From assembly GCF_006345805.1 (NCBI RefSeq), contig NC_042998.1, positions 183,272,001 to 183,336,000 on the forward strand: a stretch of DNA of 64,000 nt, read 5' to 3'. Source of the stretch: Octopus sinensis (taxonomy: Eukaryota). The position numbers and the translations under genes were made by a program. Below the pieces are notes generated by a model that did not search any database, was not told the origin of the DNA, and was given only the letters and a program-made list of their open reading frames with translations. This document shows positions 13,521-26,159 of this stretch, piece by piece. Positions within the stretch are counted from its first letter, which is position 1. Every line of letters starts with the position of its first letter.

Positions 13521-13954
13521 TATTAATCCCATGTTAGGTTCATCATCATCATTTAACATCCGTTTTTCATGCTAGCATGCGTTGGGCGGTTCAACCAGGG
13601 TCTGGTAAGCCATGGAGGCTGCACCAGGCTCTAGTCTGATTTGGCAGTGTTTCTACAGCTGGATGCCCTTCCTAATGCCAACCACTCCGAGCGTGTAGTG
13701 GGTGTTGTTAAATGATAATGATGCTATGCAAATGATACATAGTAAATGAGATAAAGACTGACATTAATAGCTGTATACTGTTGTACTTAAGGAATATGGA
13801 AGTGAATGTAATCAAATTGTAAGAATTGTCTTTAAGAATAAGTTGACAGTAATGAAACTTGTCTCCTAGATATGAATGGAGTATTATTGGGAATTGACTT
13901 CCCTTATAGCATGTGCATTTGACTTTGCTGTAAATTATATTGAAACTTGTGCAA

Positions 13955-14357
13955 CATCATCTTCATCATCATCGTTTATCATCCACCTTCCATGCTGGCA
14001 TGGGTTGGACGGTTCAACTGGGGGTCTGGGCGGCTAGAAGGCTGCACCAGGCCCAGTCTGATCCGGCAGTGTTTCTACAGCTGGATGCCCTTCCTAACGC
14101 CAACCACTCCGTAAGTGTAGTGGGTGCTTTTTACGTGCCACCGGAACAGGTGCCAGACGAGGCTGGCAAACGGCCACGATCAGATGGTGCCTTTTACGTG
14201 CCACCGGCACGGAGGCCAGACAAGGCTGGCAACGGCCACGATCAGATGGTGCTTTTTACGTACCTCTGGCACAGAGGCCAGTCGAGGCGGCGCTGGCAAC
14301 GGCTACGTTCGGATGGTTCTCTTATATGCCACTGGCATTGGTATCACAGCTACAATT
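13955..14357 (-). mobile_element. SINE family A with 3-4 internal units
   Basis: Core plus repeated gcttttacgtgccaccgg units. Confidence 0.9.
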
Positions 14358-14735
14358 TCCATTGATGTTGATCGATGGAGAAACATTAAATTGAGAAAGC
14401 ATTTTTCTCTCTTATTAGTCCTAGGGTTTTTTTTTCAGATCCTCTTTAAATGTGTGATCGACAGCTAAGTAAGGTTAATATGATTATTGTTTCATTTTAT
14501 AAATTTGAAAAGATATAAGGCAGAGGCTTACAGTGGATGCAATAGTAAGGAGGACACAGTTGAGTGACAGGAGAAAGGAAAGCAATTATGGTGGTGTGTT
14601 TATGTGTAATCAGACCATTGTACTGAAAATAGAAAAGACAGGGAAGTCAGAGTTTGACTGTGCACAAAAAGGTTGGAAGATGGAAATGTTTCTCGTGCGT
14701 TTTACTTTTTCTGCAGTAAAGAATTGTCCATAATA

Positions 14736-15112
14736 GGCGCAGGAGTGGCTGTGTGGTAAGTAGCTTGCTAACCAACCACATGGTTTGAGGTTCAGTCCCA
14801 CTGCGTGGCATCTTGGGCAAGTGTCTTCTGCTATAGCCCCGGGCCGACCAATGCCTTGTGAGTGGATTTGGTAGATGGAAACTGAAAGAAGCCTGTCGTA
14901 TATATGTGTATGTGTTTGTCCCCCTAGCATTGCTTGACAACCGATGCTGGTGTGTTTACGTCCCCGTCACTTAGTGGTTCAGCAAAAAGAGACCGATAGA
15001 ATAAGTACTGGGCTTACAAAGAATAAGTCCCTGGGTCGATTTGCTCGACTAAAGGTGGTGCTCCAGCATGGCTGCAGTCAAATGACTGAAACAAGTAAAA
15101 GAGTAAAGAGTA
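14736..15112 (+). mobile_element. SINE family B, full length
   Basis: Aligns end to end with 7143-7515. Confidence 0.9.
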
Positions 15113-15555
15113 ATGTACATGTGTACATTGATTGCACCAACTTAGATGTGTGAGCAGTAATCTAATGGAACTGTTCCCCATTATGATAGAAAGATGTATG
15201 ATGAAGAGCTAGAGCAACATAAACTATTTCATTGAAAGGTGTTCTTTCAATATGACAGGCTATAGCAGAGTGACTATTACAGTTGTGAATGCCATTAAAC
15301 ATGCATATTAGGTCCTGTTACCGTGATACTGTTACAGCTGTGCTGAGGTTCTGTTACAGCTATATCTACAGGGTTATTAGAAATATAACTATTATTTTGT
15401 TACAGGTGTGAATCTAGTACTTTTACAGTTAAGACCTATAATATTATTGCAACAATATTTGTAGTACTGTGGTGGCTTTTACAGCTTCTCTCATATCATT
15501 GTAGCTGTGACTGTATCTATACTAATCTTGATAGAACTGTAAGAATTTGATCTTA

Positions 15556-16857
15556 ATGGCTGAATCTTCTTCAAATAATGATAAAATAAGACTCCTTTCT
15601 TTTCAGAATGTGTATGCTAACATTTTTTCCTCTGAATCAATGTCAAATTCTGAATATGTTATGGTCTTGCTTACCTTTTGGAATAAATTTCATTCAAACT
15701 TGAGGGAGAAACAGTCCAAATGTTTAAATAAGATAAAATGGGGTGAACCCGTCTTAACTGGAAAGCATGGTCTTTCTACTCTTGATCGTAAACAGCGTAT
15801 TGGGAAGAATATTTTAGATTCTGAGGAAAATACTCTATCTGGAGATGAAGAAATTAAGTCTGAAGAACAAGTACCATCGAAAAAAGATGATGTTTCTGTT
15901 GCAGCCAATCCAATAAATATAAATATTTCAGAGGAACATAGTAGATGTTCAAGTCCTGATTTAAATAAATCTGTATTAAGACTTCCCAAATTGAAAATAA
16001 AGTTATCAGAAACACATAATAAGGAGCTGCATAAGAATATCGCTGATGACAAATCAGAATCTATTGAAATTAAAAGAAGTACGAGGCTGTCCGTGAAAAG
16101 ATTGTGTAATAAGAAACAGGTTAACAAAGAGAATGTCAACAGTGGTGTACGTCCTAATTTACTACAGCGCAGGAAATTATTTAAAAACAATGAGGGTGTA
16201 TCTGAAGCGTCACCAACTTGTTGGACTGGTGTTAAATGTCCCTTATTAAAAGATACACCGAAAACTGAACCCATGCATTCAAAGTTAGGTCAAGAGACGT
16301 TGCCCCATTTTTCTGAAAATATTAGTGATATTAATCCTTCAATGGAGAAGATGGAGTTTAAGACATCACTTCCTATTCCTGGAATACAGAAGTCACCAGT
16401 TAAGAAAAGTTCTGCTGATGAGCCATCAACATTATCACCTGTGGAATTAGTAGAATCTTCTAAGCATGAATTGCAAGAAAGTCAGAAATTAAGCAAACCT
16501 GTAGAAAAGGATGTTTCAGATGACGTAATTCCTTCAGCCTCGCCAACATTTCCATCAAAAACTCTTCCTAGTTACAAAGATAATTCAAGCATGGCTCAAA
16601 CTGCTAAAGAACAAACCAGTGATATAGATTTGGGTTCTAAGAAAACGAGGAAAAGGTCAAAGACAGAATTTAAAAATTCTTCTGAGGAACCTGAAATAAC
16701 AGATAAATGTGATACAAAAAACAATAATGAAGTTCTCCCTCATGTGACTGATGAAAACAACAAAGATAACGAAGTTTTAACGAACCTTCAAAAGAGAAAA
16801 CGAAATATGCAAGATAGAAGCTTAAAAATCAACAAAAAGCTGAAACTTCCCCAAAAG
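15556..16857 (+). CDS. UIMC1: RAP80/UIMC1-like protein, large coding exon (first identifiable; possible acceptor at 15534 gives start 15535)
   Basis: 434-codon open frame. EYVMVLLTFWNKFHSNLREKQSKCLNKIKWGEPVL resembles the recalled human RAP80 Abraxas-interacting region ([35 protein letters not shown]). Donor AAG|gtaaac, phase 0. Confidence 0.8.
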
Positions 16858-17149
16858 GTAAACAAAAGTAAAATTAAATTTCTAAATATCTGAAATGAGC
16901 TGTTCTTGATCATATAAATTTTCAGACAATTAACTTCATCGTTAGAGTTAAAATCATCATCATCATCATTGTTTTAATGTCCACTTTCCCATGCTTGCAT
17001 GAGTCAGACAGAATTTATTGAGGTGCATTTCTATGGCCAGATGTCCTTCCCATTACCAACCCTTACCTGTTTCCAAGGTAGTATTTTCCCATAATTAGAC
17101 ATTTCTTTTCCACAAAAGACTGGAATTGAACAATCTCACTTAAAATAAT

Positions 17150-17410
17150 AATAATAAAACATTGTGTACAGTGCTCAGGTGCACTACAATTCATCTAAAG
17201 TGTATGTATAGTACATAGGGTAATGTACAAGCGTCAGGAAAAGAACAGTGCATGAGTCATGACATACACATATGTGTATGAGTATGAAAGGGGGACAATC
17301 AGGTGTAGTGTCGGCGGATTTCAGAAAGCATGAGGGCCTTAAAGGATGCAGTGCCATGGCAGTCGACAACTGACACAGGCAGTTTGTTCCATGCTTCAGC
17401 AATGCTGCTC
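17150..17410 (-). mobile_element. CR1-type LINE 3' end
   Basis: Reverse-complement match to 41410-41680 (gtgcacctgagcactgtatac...(ATT)n). Confidence 0.8.
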
Positions 17411-18531
17411 ATTTAACATTATCACATGATATCTAGGCAAAGGTATGCACATGTTCATGCGTATCATCATTTAAAGTCCATTTGCCCATGCTGGAATGGG
17501 ATGGACAGTGTGACCAGAGCTGGCAAGCTGGGGAGCTGCACCAGGCTCCAGTCTGATTTGGCTTGGTTTCTACAGCTAGATGCCCTTCCTAATGTCAACC
17601 ACTTTACAGAGTGTGCTGGGTGCTTTTACATGGGAACTTTATGTGGTACTGCACAAGGGCTTTTATGTGGTACTGCACTAGGGCTTTTATGTGGTACTGC
17701 ACAAGGGCTTTTTACATATGGGCACTTTTACTTGATGCTGCATTTACATGACACCACCAGCAGGATCAGTCTTAACACTTTTGCTGTGGGGTACAATATA
17801 CACACACAACACAGGCTTCTTTCTGTCTACTAAATCCACTCACAAGGCTTTGGTTAGCCTTAGGGTACATATAGTTGAAGACGTTGCCTAAGTTGGGGCT
17901 GAACCTGAAAACACGTGGTTTGGAAACAAGCTTCTTACCCACACAGCCATGCTTGTGCCTAAAAATATTTTAATATATGCATCTGCATTTCAGGACAGGC
18001 ATTGTTGTGTGGGTAAGAAATTTGTTTCCTAACCTCTTGTTTTTGGGTTCAGTTCCACTGTGCAGAACCTTGAACAGCTGTCCTTTATTATAGCCCTTCG
18101 TTGACCAAATCCTTGTGTGTGGATTCAGTAAACAGGAACTGAAAGAAGCTCTATATATGCATGCACATGTGTGTTTGTATGTTTATTTACATTTGGGCTT
18201 CAGGTGGTAAAGTTACTGTCATTTTCCCTGTGCCTTTTGAAAAGTATGAAATAGGAGGTCTTTCACTCAAAAGAGAGGTGAGGAAGGATGTTCAACTGTA
18301 AAAAAAAAATGCTTTATAAATATGTCTGACCCATGCTAGTGATGAAAGACACACATAAAAACAAACAAAAATTACTAATGTAAAAACTGAAAATCTTTTT
18401 ATCTTTAAAGATAAATTTAATAATCTGAAAAATTATCTTATTTTAGAACTTGTTCAAATTGTTGTAAATATTTTGTCTTTGGCATTTCTTGAATTTTAAA
18501 AATCTTGGGCAAAACATCTTTTTTATATGAA

Positions 18532-18895
18532 CAGGCATAGTTATGTGGTTAAGAATCTCACTTTGCAACTACATAGTTTTGGGTTCAATCCTACTGTATG
18601 GCGCCTTCTATTATAGCTTCAGGCCAAACAATGCTTTGTGAATGAATTTGGTTGACAGAAACTATGTGGAGGCCTGTCACATATGTGTATGTTATTGTAT
18701 TTGTTCCCATACTGCTCGACAACTGGTGTTGGTTTGTTTACATCCCTGTTCCTTAGCAATTCAGCAAAAGAAACTGTTGGAATAAGTGTCAGCTTTAAAA
18801 CAATATAAGTACTGGGGTCAATTTGTTCAAATAAACTTGTCATGATGGGGCCCCAGCATGACCACCCTCCAATGACTGAAACAAGTAAAAGATAT
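18532..18895 (+). mobile_element. SINE family B, diverged
   Basis: Colinear with family B, ending gactgaaacaagtaaaaga. Confidence 0.75.
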
Positions 18896-18924
18896 AAGGT
18901 GTTTGCTATTTGAAGTTTTTAAGG

Positions 18925-19125
18925 CATGAGTTGCGACGTCACTGGTGCCAAGCTGTATCAGCCTTTGCCTTTCCTTTGGATAACATCGGTGGCATGGAAA
19001 GGGGAGGCTGGTACGCATGGGCGACTGCTGGTCTTCCATAAACAACCTTGTGCCTCGGAGGGGAACTTTCTAGGTGCAATCCCATTGTCATTCATGACCA
19101 AGTGGGGTCTTTGCCCTGTTGAAGC
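18925..19125 (+). mobile_element. SINE family D, 3' part
   Basis: Aligns with 28655-28850. Confidence 0.8.
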
Positions 19126-20108
19126 ATTTGGTCCAGGTCTCTGGTCTAAGAATGATATCCTCCTTCCTTCACCAATCTTGGAAGCTCTAAAGTCACTGGT
19201 GCTAACTTTCCCTTTAAGCCATGTGAAATTTTTTTTTTTAAATCAATCCTTGATTTTAAGTGGCATGATAAGTCATGTTGATGCAACACAATTTTTTCAC
19301 ACTTTCTCTCTTATCTATCTTGAAAATGTTAAAATTCTCCTTTTCCACATGGCTTAATACACTGACATTCTTTGAAAATTGTGTTGTTTAAATTCTGCTG
19401 AGGCAACTTTGCCTTTGTCTTTCTGAGGTTGATAAAAATAAAGTACCAGTGAAGTACTAGAATCGATGATATTGAGCAACTCCTTTCCCTTCAAAATTGT
19501 TGGTCTTGTGCCTAAATTAGAAGTTATTATTTCATTTCATTTTAAGCATGATAGTTTTCCTTTATAACTGATCTTTAAGAGGAGAGTAATCAGTTATGTT
19601 ATTAAAGGAGCATTTTCGCATTATAAGCTATTGTTGATAGTGACTAACATGTGCAAGATTTGTGCATTTTTCTAATACTTTCATTAGGACACCTTTTATT
19701 ATGTAAGTACTTGAACAAGAGCTAGTCAATAACAAAAACTGTTGCCTTGGTGATTATTTTTATTTACATGTTTGTTGTTTAGGCTACTTATCTATTTTAT
19801 AATAGTTTGCAACTGGAATATTAAGAAATAGATGTTAATCACTGACTTAAGGCTGCAAACTGTGCATTAGCAATACATCATCTTGAAATCTAATTTTCTA
19901 CTGAAGAGATGTCTTTTTTTTTTTTTAGGAAATAAATTGGTTTCTGTTTTTGTTGGAGTAGCATGATAATTGTCCCCAAACTTTAGAATTATTAGAATCA
20001 TTTGCACCAGGAAAACTGACCTAAACATACAAGTAGTCTATACACTTTACTTTGTGTCAGATGTCTAAACTTTTAGAAAAATGATGTTGGTATTTTTTCT
20101 TCTGTTAG

Positions 20109-20214
20109 AAACCTACCGTCCAGTGTCCTCTGTGTTGTGATTGGTTCAGACCAAAAGTGATTGAGAATCATGCTGCAAATTGTGGAATGTTTACAAGGCG
20201 AGAACTTCGTACAA
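20109..20214 (+). CDS. UIMC1: RAP80/UIMC1-like exon with UBZ4/Rad18-type zinc finger (VQCPLCCDWFRPKVIENHAANC)
   Basis: tctgttag| acceptor, |gtaaag donor, phase 0 to 1; C-x2-C...H-x3-C finger resembling RAP80 ZnF1 (VSCPLCDQCFPPTKIERHAMYC, recalled). Confidence 0.9.
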
Positions 20215-20609
20215 GTAAAGATAATTTCATCATTAAAATATCATTTTTGTATTCACCTTATAACAGAAATTCTTTCATTGAATTGACTTTACAAAAATTT
20301 CTTTATAAATATTATTAATAATAATTTGAAGAAAAAACATACACACAACCTTAGTTGTTTTAATTGTTAATAAGCTACAGTGAAAATTTGCTGATCCTGT
20401 GCACACTTACCTTAAAATTTAAAAGCTATTAATCTTTGCTGCTTTTATTACACCTAAAAGACACAGCTTCAAGGTGTATTCTATAAATTCAACTCTTTAT
20501 CAGTAACACCTGTATAGCAACACTTTTAAAGCAAACAAAGTTTTCAAGACCTTTCTTCAAATACCAGTATGATGTTTTTCATAATTTATATTTATGAAAA
20601 TGTTTTCAG

Positions 20610-21090
20610 CATCATCATCATTTAACGTCCGCTTTCCATGCTAGCATGGGTTGGACGATTTTGACTGAGGGCTGGCAACCAGATGGCTGCACCAGGCTCT
20701 AGTCTTGATCTGGCAGAGTTTCTACAGCTGGATGCCCTTCCTAATGCCAACCACTACGAGAGTGTAGTGGGTGCTTTTTACGTGCCACCTGCACGGGGGC
20801 CAGTCAGGCGGTACTGGCAATGACTTCGCTCAAATCTTTTTACACATGCCAGTAAAGCGACGTTGGTATCAATCACGCTCGAATGGTGCCCTTTTACGTG
20901 CCACGCGTACGGAAGCCAGTTGGCTGCTCTGGCAACGATCACGTTCGGATGGTGTTCTTGGCACCCTACTAGCACAGGCATAAGTGCCAGTAAGGCGACG
21001 CTGGTAACAATCATACTTGAATAGCCACTCTGTCAACAATCACACTCGTATGGTGCTCTTTGTACCCCGCTAGCACAGATGCCAGTTATC
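20610..21090 (-). mobile_element. SINE family A with about 5 internal units
   Basis: (CAT)n, core, tandem units of about 62-66 bp. Confidence 0.9.
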
Positions 21091-21201
21091 GAAATGATTT
21101 TGATTTATATTATTTGTTTTTTTTTTTTTTTGTTCTGTTATTAGAAATGTCACTAATTGCTAAAATGTGACAAAACTATTTTCTTTTCATTTCTTTTTCA
21201 G

Positions 21202-21580
21202 CTTCAGTTCCTCAACTTCTCTCAGAAAACAAACCAAGTACTGACATGTTAGGCTGTGATGCAAATAGCAAATTATTTGAAATTAATGAAAATTCTGCTG
21301 CTATCATATCAAATCATGCCACAAATTATGAAAGGGTTGTAGATAATTTAACTTCAAATACATTAGTCTCGGATATTAAGCAATCAGAAAATCTGCCATT
21401 TGCTAGCAAAATATTGAATGAAAGTAGAAGTGAAATAAATACATTTCCAGTGTCAGCTTTAGATAGAGATCAACTAAGTCAGGGAAATGGTAATAGCTTG
21501 AAGATAGTCCAACCTGTTTTGGATCTTCCTTTCAATTCTGAAAACACTCACAAAACTAATCAGCCTGATACACCTGACAG
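21202..21580 (+). CDS. UIMC1: RAP80/UIMC1-like exon (S/N-rich linker)
   Basis: ttctttttcag| acceptor, CAG|gtaagt donor, phase 1 to 2; contains ORF 21246-21584. Confidence 0.9.
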
Positions 21581-21778
21581 GTAAGTAACAGTGTTTTTTT
21601 TCTTCTTCAAATATGTAGGCTAGGCCAAAATTTATAAATACACACACACACACATATTTAAATTGACTGAGATTTCAAGTTTCACCTTAACGACATAAAT
21701 TTGACTTCATTAAAAGTATAGAGTTCTACTGTCAGTAAATACGTTATTTTTGCTTTCTATAAGTTAACACTAACTACT

Positions 21779-21916
21779 GCGCAGGAGTGGCTGTGTGGTA
21801 AGTAGCTTGCTTATGAACCTCATGGTTCCAGGTTCAGTCCCACTGTGTGGCACCTTGGGCCAACCAAAGCCTTGTGAGTGGATGTGGTAGATGGAAACTG
21901 AAAGAAGCCTGTCATT

Positions 21917-21947
<31 letters not shown>

Positions 21948-22148
21948 TTATCCCCCCAACATCGCTTGACAACCGAAGCTGGTGTGTTTACATCCCCGTA
22001 ACTTAGCAGTTCGGCTAAAGAGACCGATAGAATAAGTACTGGGCTTACAAAGAATAAGTCCTGAGGTTGATTTGCTCGACTAAAAGACTGCTCCAGCATG
22101 ACCACAGTCAAATGACTGAAACGAGTGAAAGAGAGGGAGTAAAGAGTA
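21779..22148 (+). mobile_element. SINE family B
   Basis: Colinear with 7143-7515, with an internal deletion. Confidence 0.9.
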
Positions 22149-22621
22149 TAAGTTCATTGGGACAGACTTTCTGTTTTGTAAATGTAACTCAATAAATGAA
22201 TTTGTTTATATTTTAAAGTGTTACTCCTGAATTACTGGCAGAGGATTTTACTGAAATATCTCCAAATAACCCTTACAGTACAAAAGGTAACTAGAATGTC
22301 TTTTCTTTTTAAGTATATTTCACAAGTAAGCATAGGTGAACCAACCGAAGTGTACAACACAATACCTGTCAGAAAATTTGAACTTCTGACCAATTTGTTT
22401 AATAGTCCAACACTTCACTGCTGATTGTTGACTCCAGATTTGTCACCATAGCTACCATACATCAGAGTTTTCTCCCATGCTTTTTTTGAATGGTAGTCAT
22501 TAACGCTAATGACATTATTTTTTCTCATTATGGGAATAATTTAGAACAATTAAAATTTCTTTTTTGCTCATGACATCGAATGTGATGGTTTGCACTTATC
22601 TGTAAAGAAACACTTCCTTAA

Positions 22622-22841
22622 GCCTTTCGTTACTATATTTATTTTGAGATGCTCTTTGTTTCTTTCAATTACTTTAAATATAACAAAGAATTTAGTAAAA
22701 TAACTTAGTCATCATTCAGCTAGTGTTAGGAACATAAATTGTGACTAAGGTATGGTGGAAGATCTTAATTCATAACTTATGAAAACAAGACATTTGCACT
22801 CAGAGGCAGAGCCGGTTTCAGCCAGGTTAGTAACAAAAGAG
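22622..22841. mobile_element. piggyBac-like MITE (TTAA TSD)
   Basis: TTAA|gcctttcgttac...gtaacaaaagag|TTAA; an inverted copy lies at 48707-48926. Confidence 0.8.
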
Positions 22842-23575
22842 TTAACAATGGTGCCACAGAGTGGCCTAGGACGTGTATTTGGTTTATCAGCACTCCTCCA
22901 CTTCACCTACATCTCTGCCTTACAACCCCTCAGTTGTCACACCTCTATAATCCTTTGACTGATTTGACTGTACATTTTATGAGATTTCATATAAACTGAT
23001 ATTAAACTTTCTTCCATGATTCTTTTATGGAGAAAGGATTTCATCATCATTATAAATCAAATTGCACATCAAATTCTTTATAACCCGTTCTTCTAATGGA
23101 AAAATTAATTCAAGTGTTCAGAGACTATGCATATTATAATGCTAAAATTACATTTTTTCATTCAAGATGCAAACACGTTATCCACTTAGTTCCATTTTTT
23201 TAAATAGAAATTTCAAGATCTCCATAATAAAAAACATTAAAATTAGATATGTGAATTCTATATATCTTTTCTTTATTCCCAAGTTTTAAATTAAAATTTC
23301 TAATCCTGCCAAATGTTATGAAGAAATGGTTGTCTCCCTTGTAATAGCTACACCCTCAGGGGGAACTGCATGCTTTTTCTGTGTGTATATTGTATATATA
23401 TTTTTTTTTTTCTTAATTATAGTTTCTGTTGAACATTGGAAAACTAACTCGGAACTGATAGACACAAAGTAAGATTTAATTTCTGATTTTCTTTGCTTTG
23501 TTTTTATATTGGTATTGCTCTGATTTATAGTTGTAGACTATTTTGGTTATTGTAATATCTTTTTTTACTTTGCAG

Positions 23576-23789
23576 CCTCACCATGAAACAGAAACGCTGT
23601 TACATTTGTGATGCTACCTATGGCGATGATAGTCTTTTTACAATGCACCTGAAGAGTTGTCAGGAAAAATACAGAAAACTAAAACAAAAGTTTGAACATA
23701 AATACAAAAATAAAGAAACTCATCGAATAACTCGTAGACAATCAAAAACCAGATGCCCAGTTCCTGGTTCTGATGCTGAGGTTAAATGA
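23576..23789 (+). CDS. UIMC1: RAP80/UIMC1-like last coding exon with second zinc finger (KRCYICDATYGDDSLFTMHLKSC)
   Basis: ttttttactttgcag| acceptor, phase 2, TGA ending 23789. Resembles RAP80 ZnF2 (KCYLCKSLVPFREYQCHVDSC, recalled). The four exons total 2001 nt = 666 aa plus stop. Confidence 0.88.
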
Positions 23790-24276
23790 AAAGTATGAAG
23801 ACGACAAATGATCAAGAAAGGAAAGATGTGAAAAGTTTTGTAAGAAAATGAAAGTGCCTTCATTTGATAACAGATTGTTGAAAAGACTTATTTGTTAAAT
23901 TTCATGTTTGTGATTTAGTTAGCATAAAAGTGAGTAATACTGGCTAACATCTAGTGGAGAAATTTGAAATTTTTCTTAGTTTTGGAGAGTGAAGGCATGA
24001 GATCTTGCCATAAAAATTCTGTGATTATCCATTGTTTAGTTTCACCAAAAGGGACCACTTGTTATTGATTTTAATTACTTCCATTATTTTATATTTTGTG
24101 CTGATTAAAATATTTTTTCTGCTTTCTGTATGTGTGAACTTTCTTTTCTTTTTTTTTTCTTCTTCCAAAGTTATCAATGACATCTAACATAAACAAAAGG
24201 ATGTTGGAGCAATGATGAGCTAAACATCAACACGATAAACAATTTGAAAGCAACATTTTTTATAAAGTTTAATGAT

Positions 24277-24389
24277 TTATTCAGGATTTTGTATATATTG
24301 GGGCTGAACTTTGGCTACTTTACGTTTTTCTTTTATTAAGGTATGTGGGCACTGCATTTCCTTCCAGCTGATGGGTACCATAGGATAAC
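24277..24389 (-). CDS. EXOSC1: EXOSC1/CSL4 exon 8 (GYPMVPISWKEMQCPHTLIKEKRKVAKVQPQYIQNPE*)
   Basis: Matches the CSL4 C-terminal MVPISWxEMQCP...KExRKVA motif; phase 1 acceptor ttttattttag. Confidence 0.97.
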
Positions 24390-25116
24390 CTAAAATAAAA
24401 AAAAACAATGGCCTAAGATGATTCATATATTTACAACTAGAGGATAAATGATTCTGACAATCCATAATGCAGGAGGGTTTTCTTTTTCTTTTATCCATCA
24501 CTATTCATATTTTTTCTATTTCTGATTTAATATATTCTTAAATAAGTTGGGATGAAGTGGAAAGTTATAAAGGAAGAAATTTAAAGATTCTAAAGTTCTG
24601 AAGCACTGCAGTATTTCATGTTAAGGAGAGGGAGATCAATATGAATGAAACAAATCAAAGAAACCAGAGTAGAGGCAGCTCATAATCAACCAGAAACATA
24701 GAGCAGAGGCTACTGCAGTAGCTACAGAATAGACAAAGAGAAGCACAACACATCTATGAGCCAGAGGTTGGAGTTGATGACCCAGTCATTGAAATGGCTT
24801 TTCTTTGGTGATTTATTTCTATTCAAAAAATCTTATTCTATAATAAAGTCTAAACACATCCACTCTCACAGGAAATAAATTATTCTTCTGGTGGAATAGC
24901 CAAGAGAAGTATATTACTTTTCAATCTCCTTTCAGCAATATAAAAGGAAAGCAACGTGGGCTTCAATAGTATTAGGAAATAGTAAGCTAAACTAGTGTAA
25001 AGTGTCTAGTCAATAACTTTGCTGTCTGCCAAGAGTGTTCAACTTAAAGAAAATACTGAATAAACTATACTGGGGTGGTTACACAAAAAAAAAAAAATTT
25101 AATTTAAACACTATAC

Positions 25117-25198
25117 CTGCTTCACTGGTTGCGACTACTACTCCTAGTTCATTTTCAGCTGTGGTCAACAGATATGAATGTGCATCTCCCAGTGAGAG
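25117..25198 (-). CDS. EXOSC1: EXOSC1 exon 7 (LSLGDAHSYLLTTAENELGVVVATSEA)
   Basis: Conserved LTTAENELGVV motif; donor CAG|gtatag. Its 5' boundary follows AT, not AG (see the U12 intron). Confidence 0.95.
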
Positions 25199-25516
25199 AT
25201 AATCAAGTCAAGGATACATTAACAGATATTCATTCACAAAATCAAGTTATGATTACAAGACATCACTAAAGACTTACAATTTCAAGAAGGTGATTCTAAG
25301 AGGACTCTTGAAGTGGTTTCCTGTAACCCTCTGGACTTATAAAAGGTTTTTATGGACTCAGTATTGCAATTTCATGATGTCAAATACAAAGTTCATCACT
25401 GATTATAGTGGTGACCTGTACTTCCTTACTATTAAGTGGACTAGACCTGGAAGAAAGTTAAGTTTCTTTACTGCCAACCTTCACCTGTTTCCTAGCAAGA
25501 TAGTATTTCCTCATGA

Positions 25517-25747
25517 AGGCGGTGAGCTGGCAGAATCATTAGCACGCCAGGCGAAATGCATAGCCGTATTTCGTCTGCCGTTACGTTCCAAGTTCAAATT
25601 CCACCGAGGTCGACTTTGCCTTTCATCCTTTCGGGGTCAATAAATTAAGTACCAGTTACGAACTGAGGTCGATGTAATCGACTTAATTCGTTTGTCTGTC
25701 CTTGTTTGTCCTCTCTGTGTTTAGCCCCTTGTGAGTAGTAAAGAAAC
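25517..25747 (+). mobile_element. SINE family C, full length, with 19-bp TSD
   Basis: TSD AGATAGTATTTCCTCATGA at 25498-25516 and 25748-25766; tRNA-like head; the central ctttcatcctttcggggtc.ataaa segment resembles a Meta-type SINE domain (recalled). Confidence 0.92.
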
Positions 25748-26159
25748 AGATAGTATTTCCTCATGACCAGACATATTTTTCATGGAAGACTGGAAACAAA
25801 CAACATCACTTGTATGATAGTGATGCTTGCTTACAATCATCACAAGATATCAAGACAGGGACACATATATGATGGCTTTCTTTCAGTTACTCTCTACCAA
25901 ATCCACTCACAAAACTTTAGCTGAACTGAGGATATAATAGGACAAAGAGCTCGGTAGAGAAACTGAAACCAAGGCCACATGGTTGTGAAGCAAGTTTCTT
26001 AGCCATACCTGCACGTACACATCTGTTTTTCATGCTGGCATGCGTTGGATAGTTTGAACAGAGAGCTGCACCAGGCTCCAGTCTGATTTGGAATGGTTTC
26101 TAAGGCTGGATGCCCTTCCTAACACCAACCACTGCTTTTTATGTGGCATCGGCACAGGA

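Noticed and set aside
12782-14468. Recurrent ORFs containing LQLDALPNANH (also at 2841, 6125, 9653, 17426, 35842, 38671)
   Set aside because: All are readings of the SINE-A core; frames and lengths are inconsistent between copies.
15199-15280. C/D-box snoRNA (ATGATGA at 15199; also 28070)
   Set aside because: No terminal CTGA D box at a suitable distance and no closing stem.
15690-16274. 194-aa minus-strand ORF
   Set aside because: Antisense shadow of the large RAP80-like exon.
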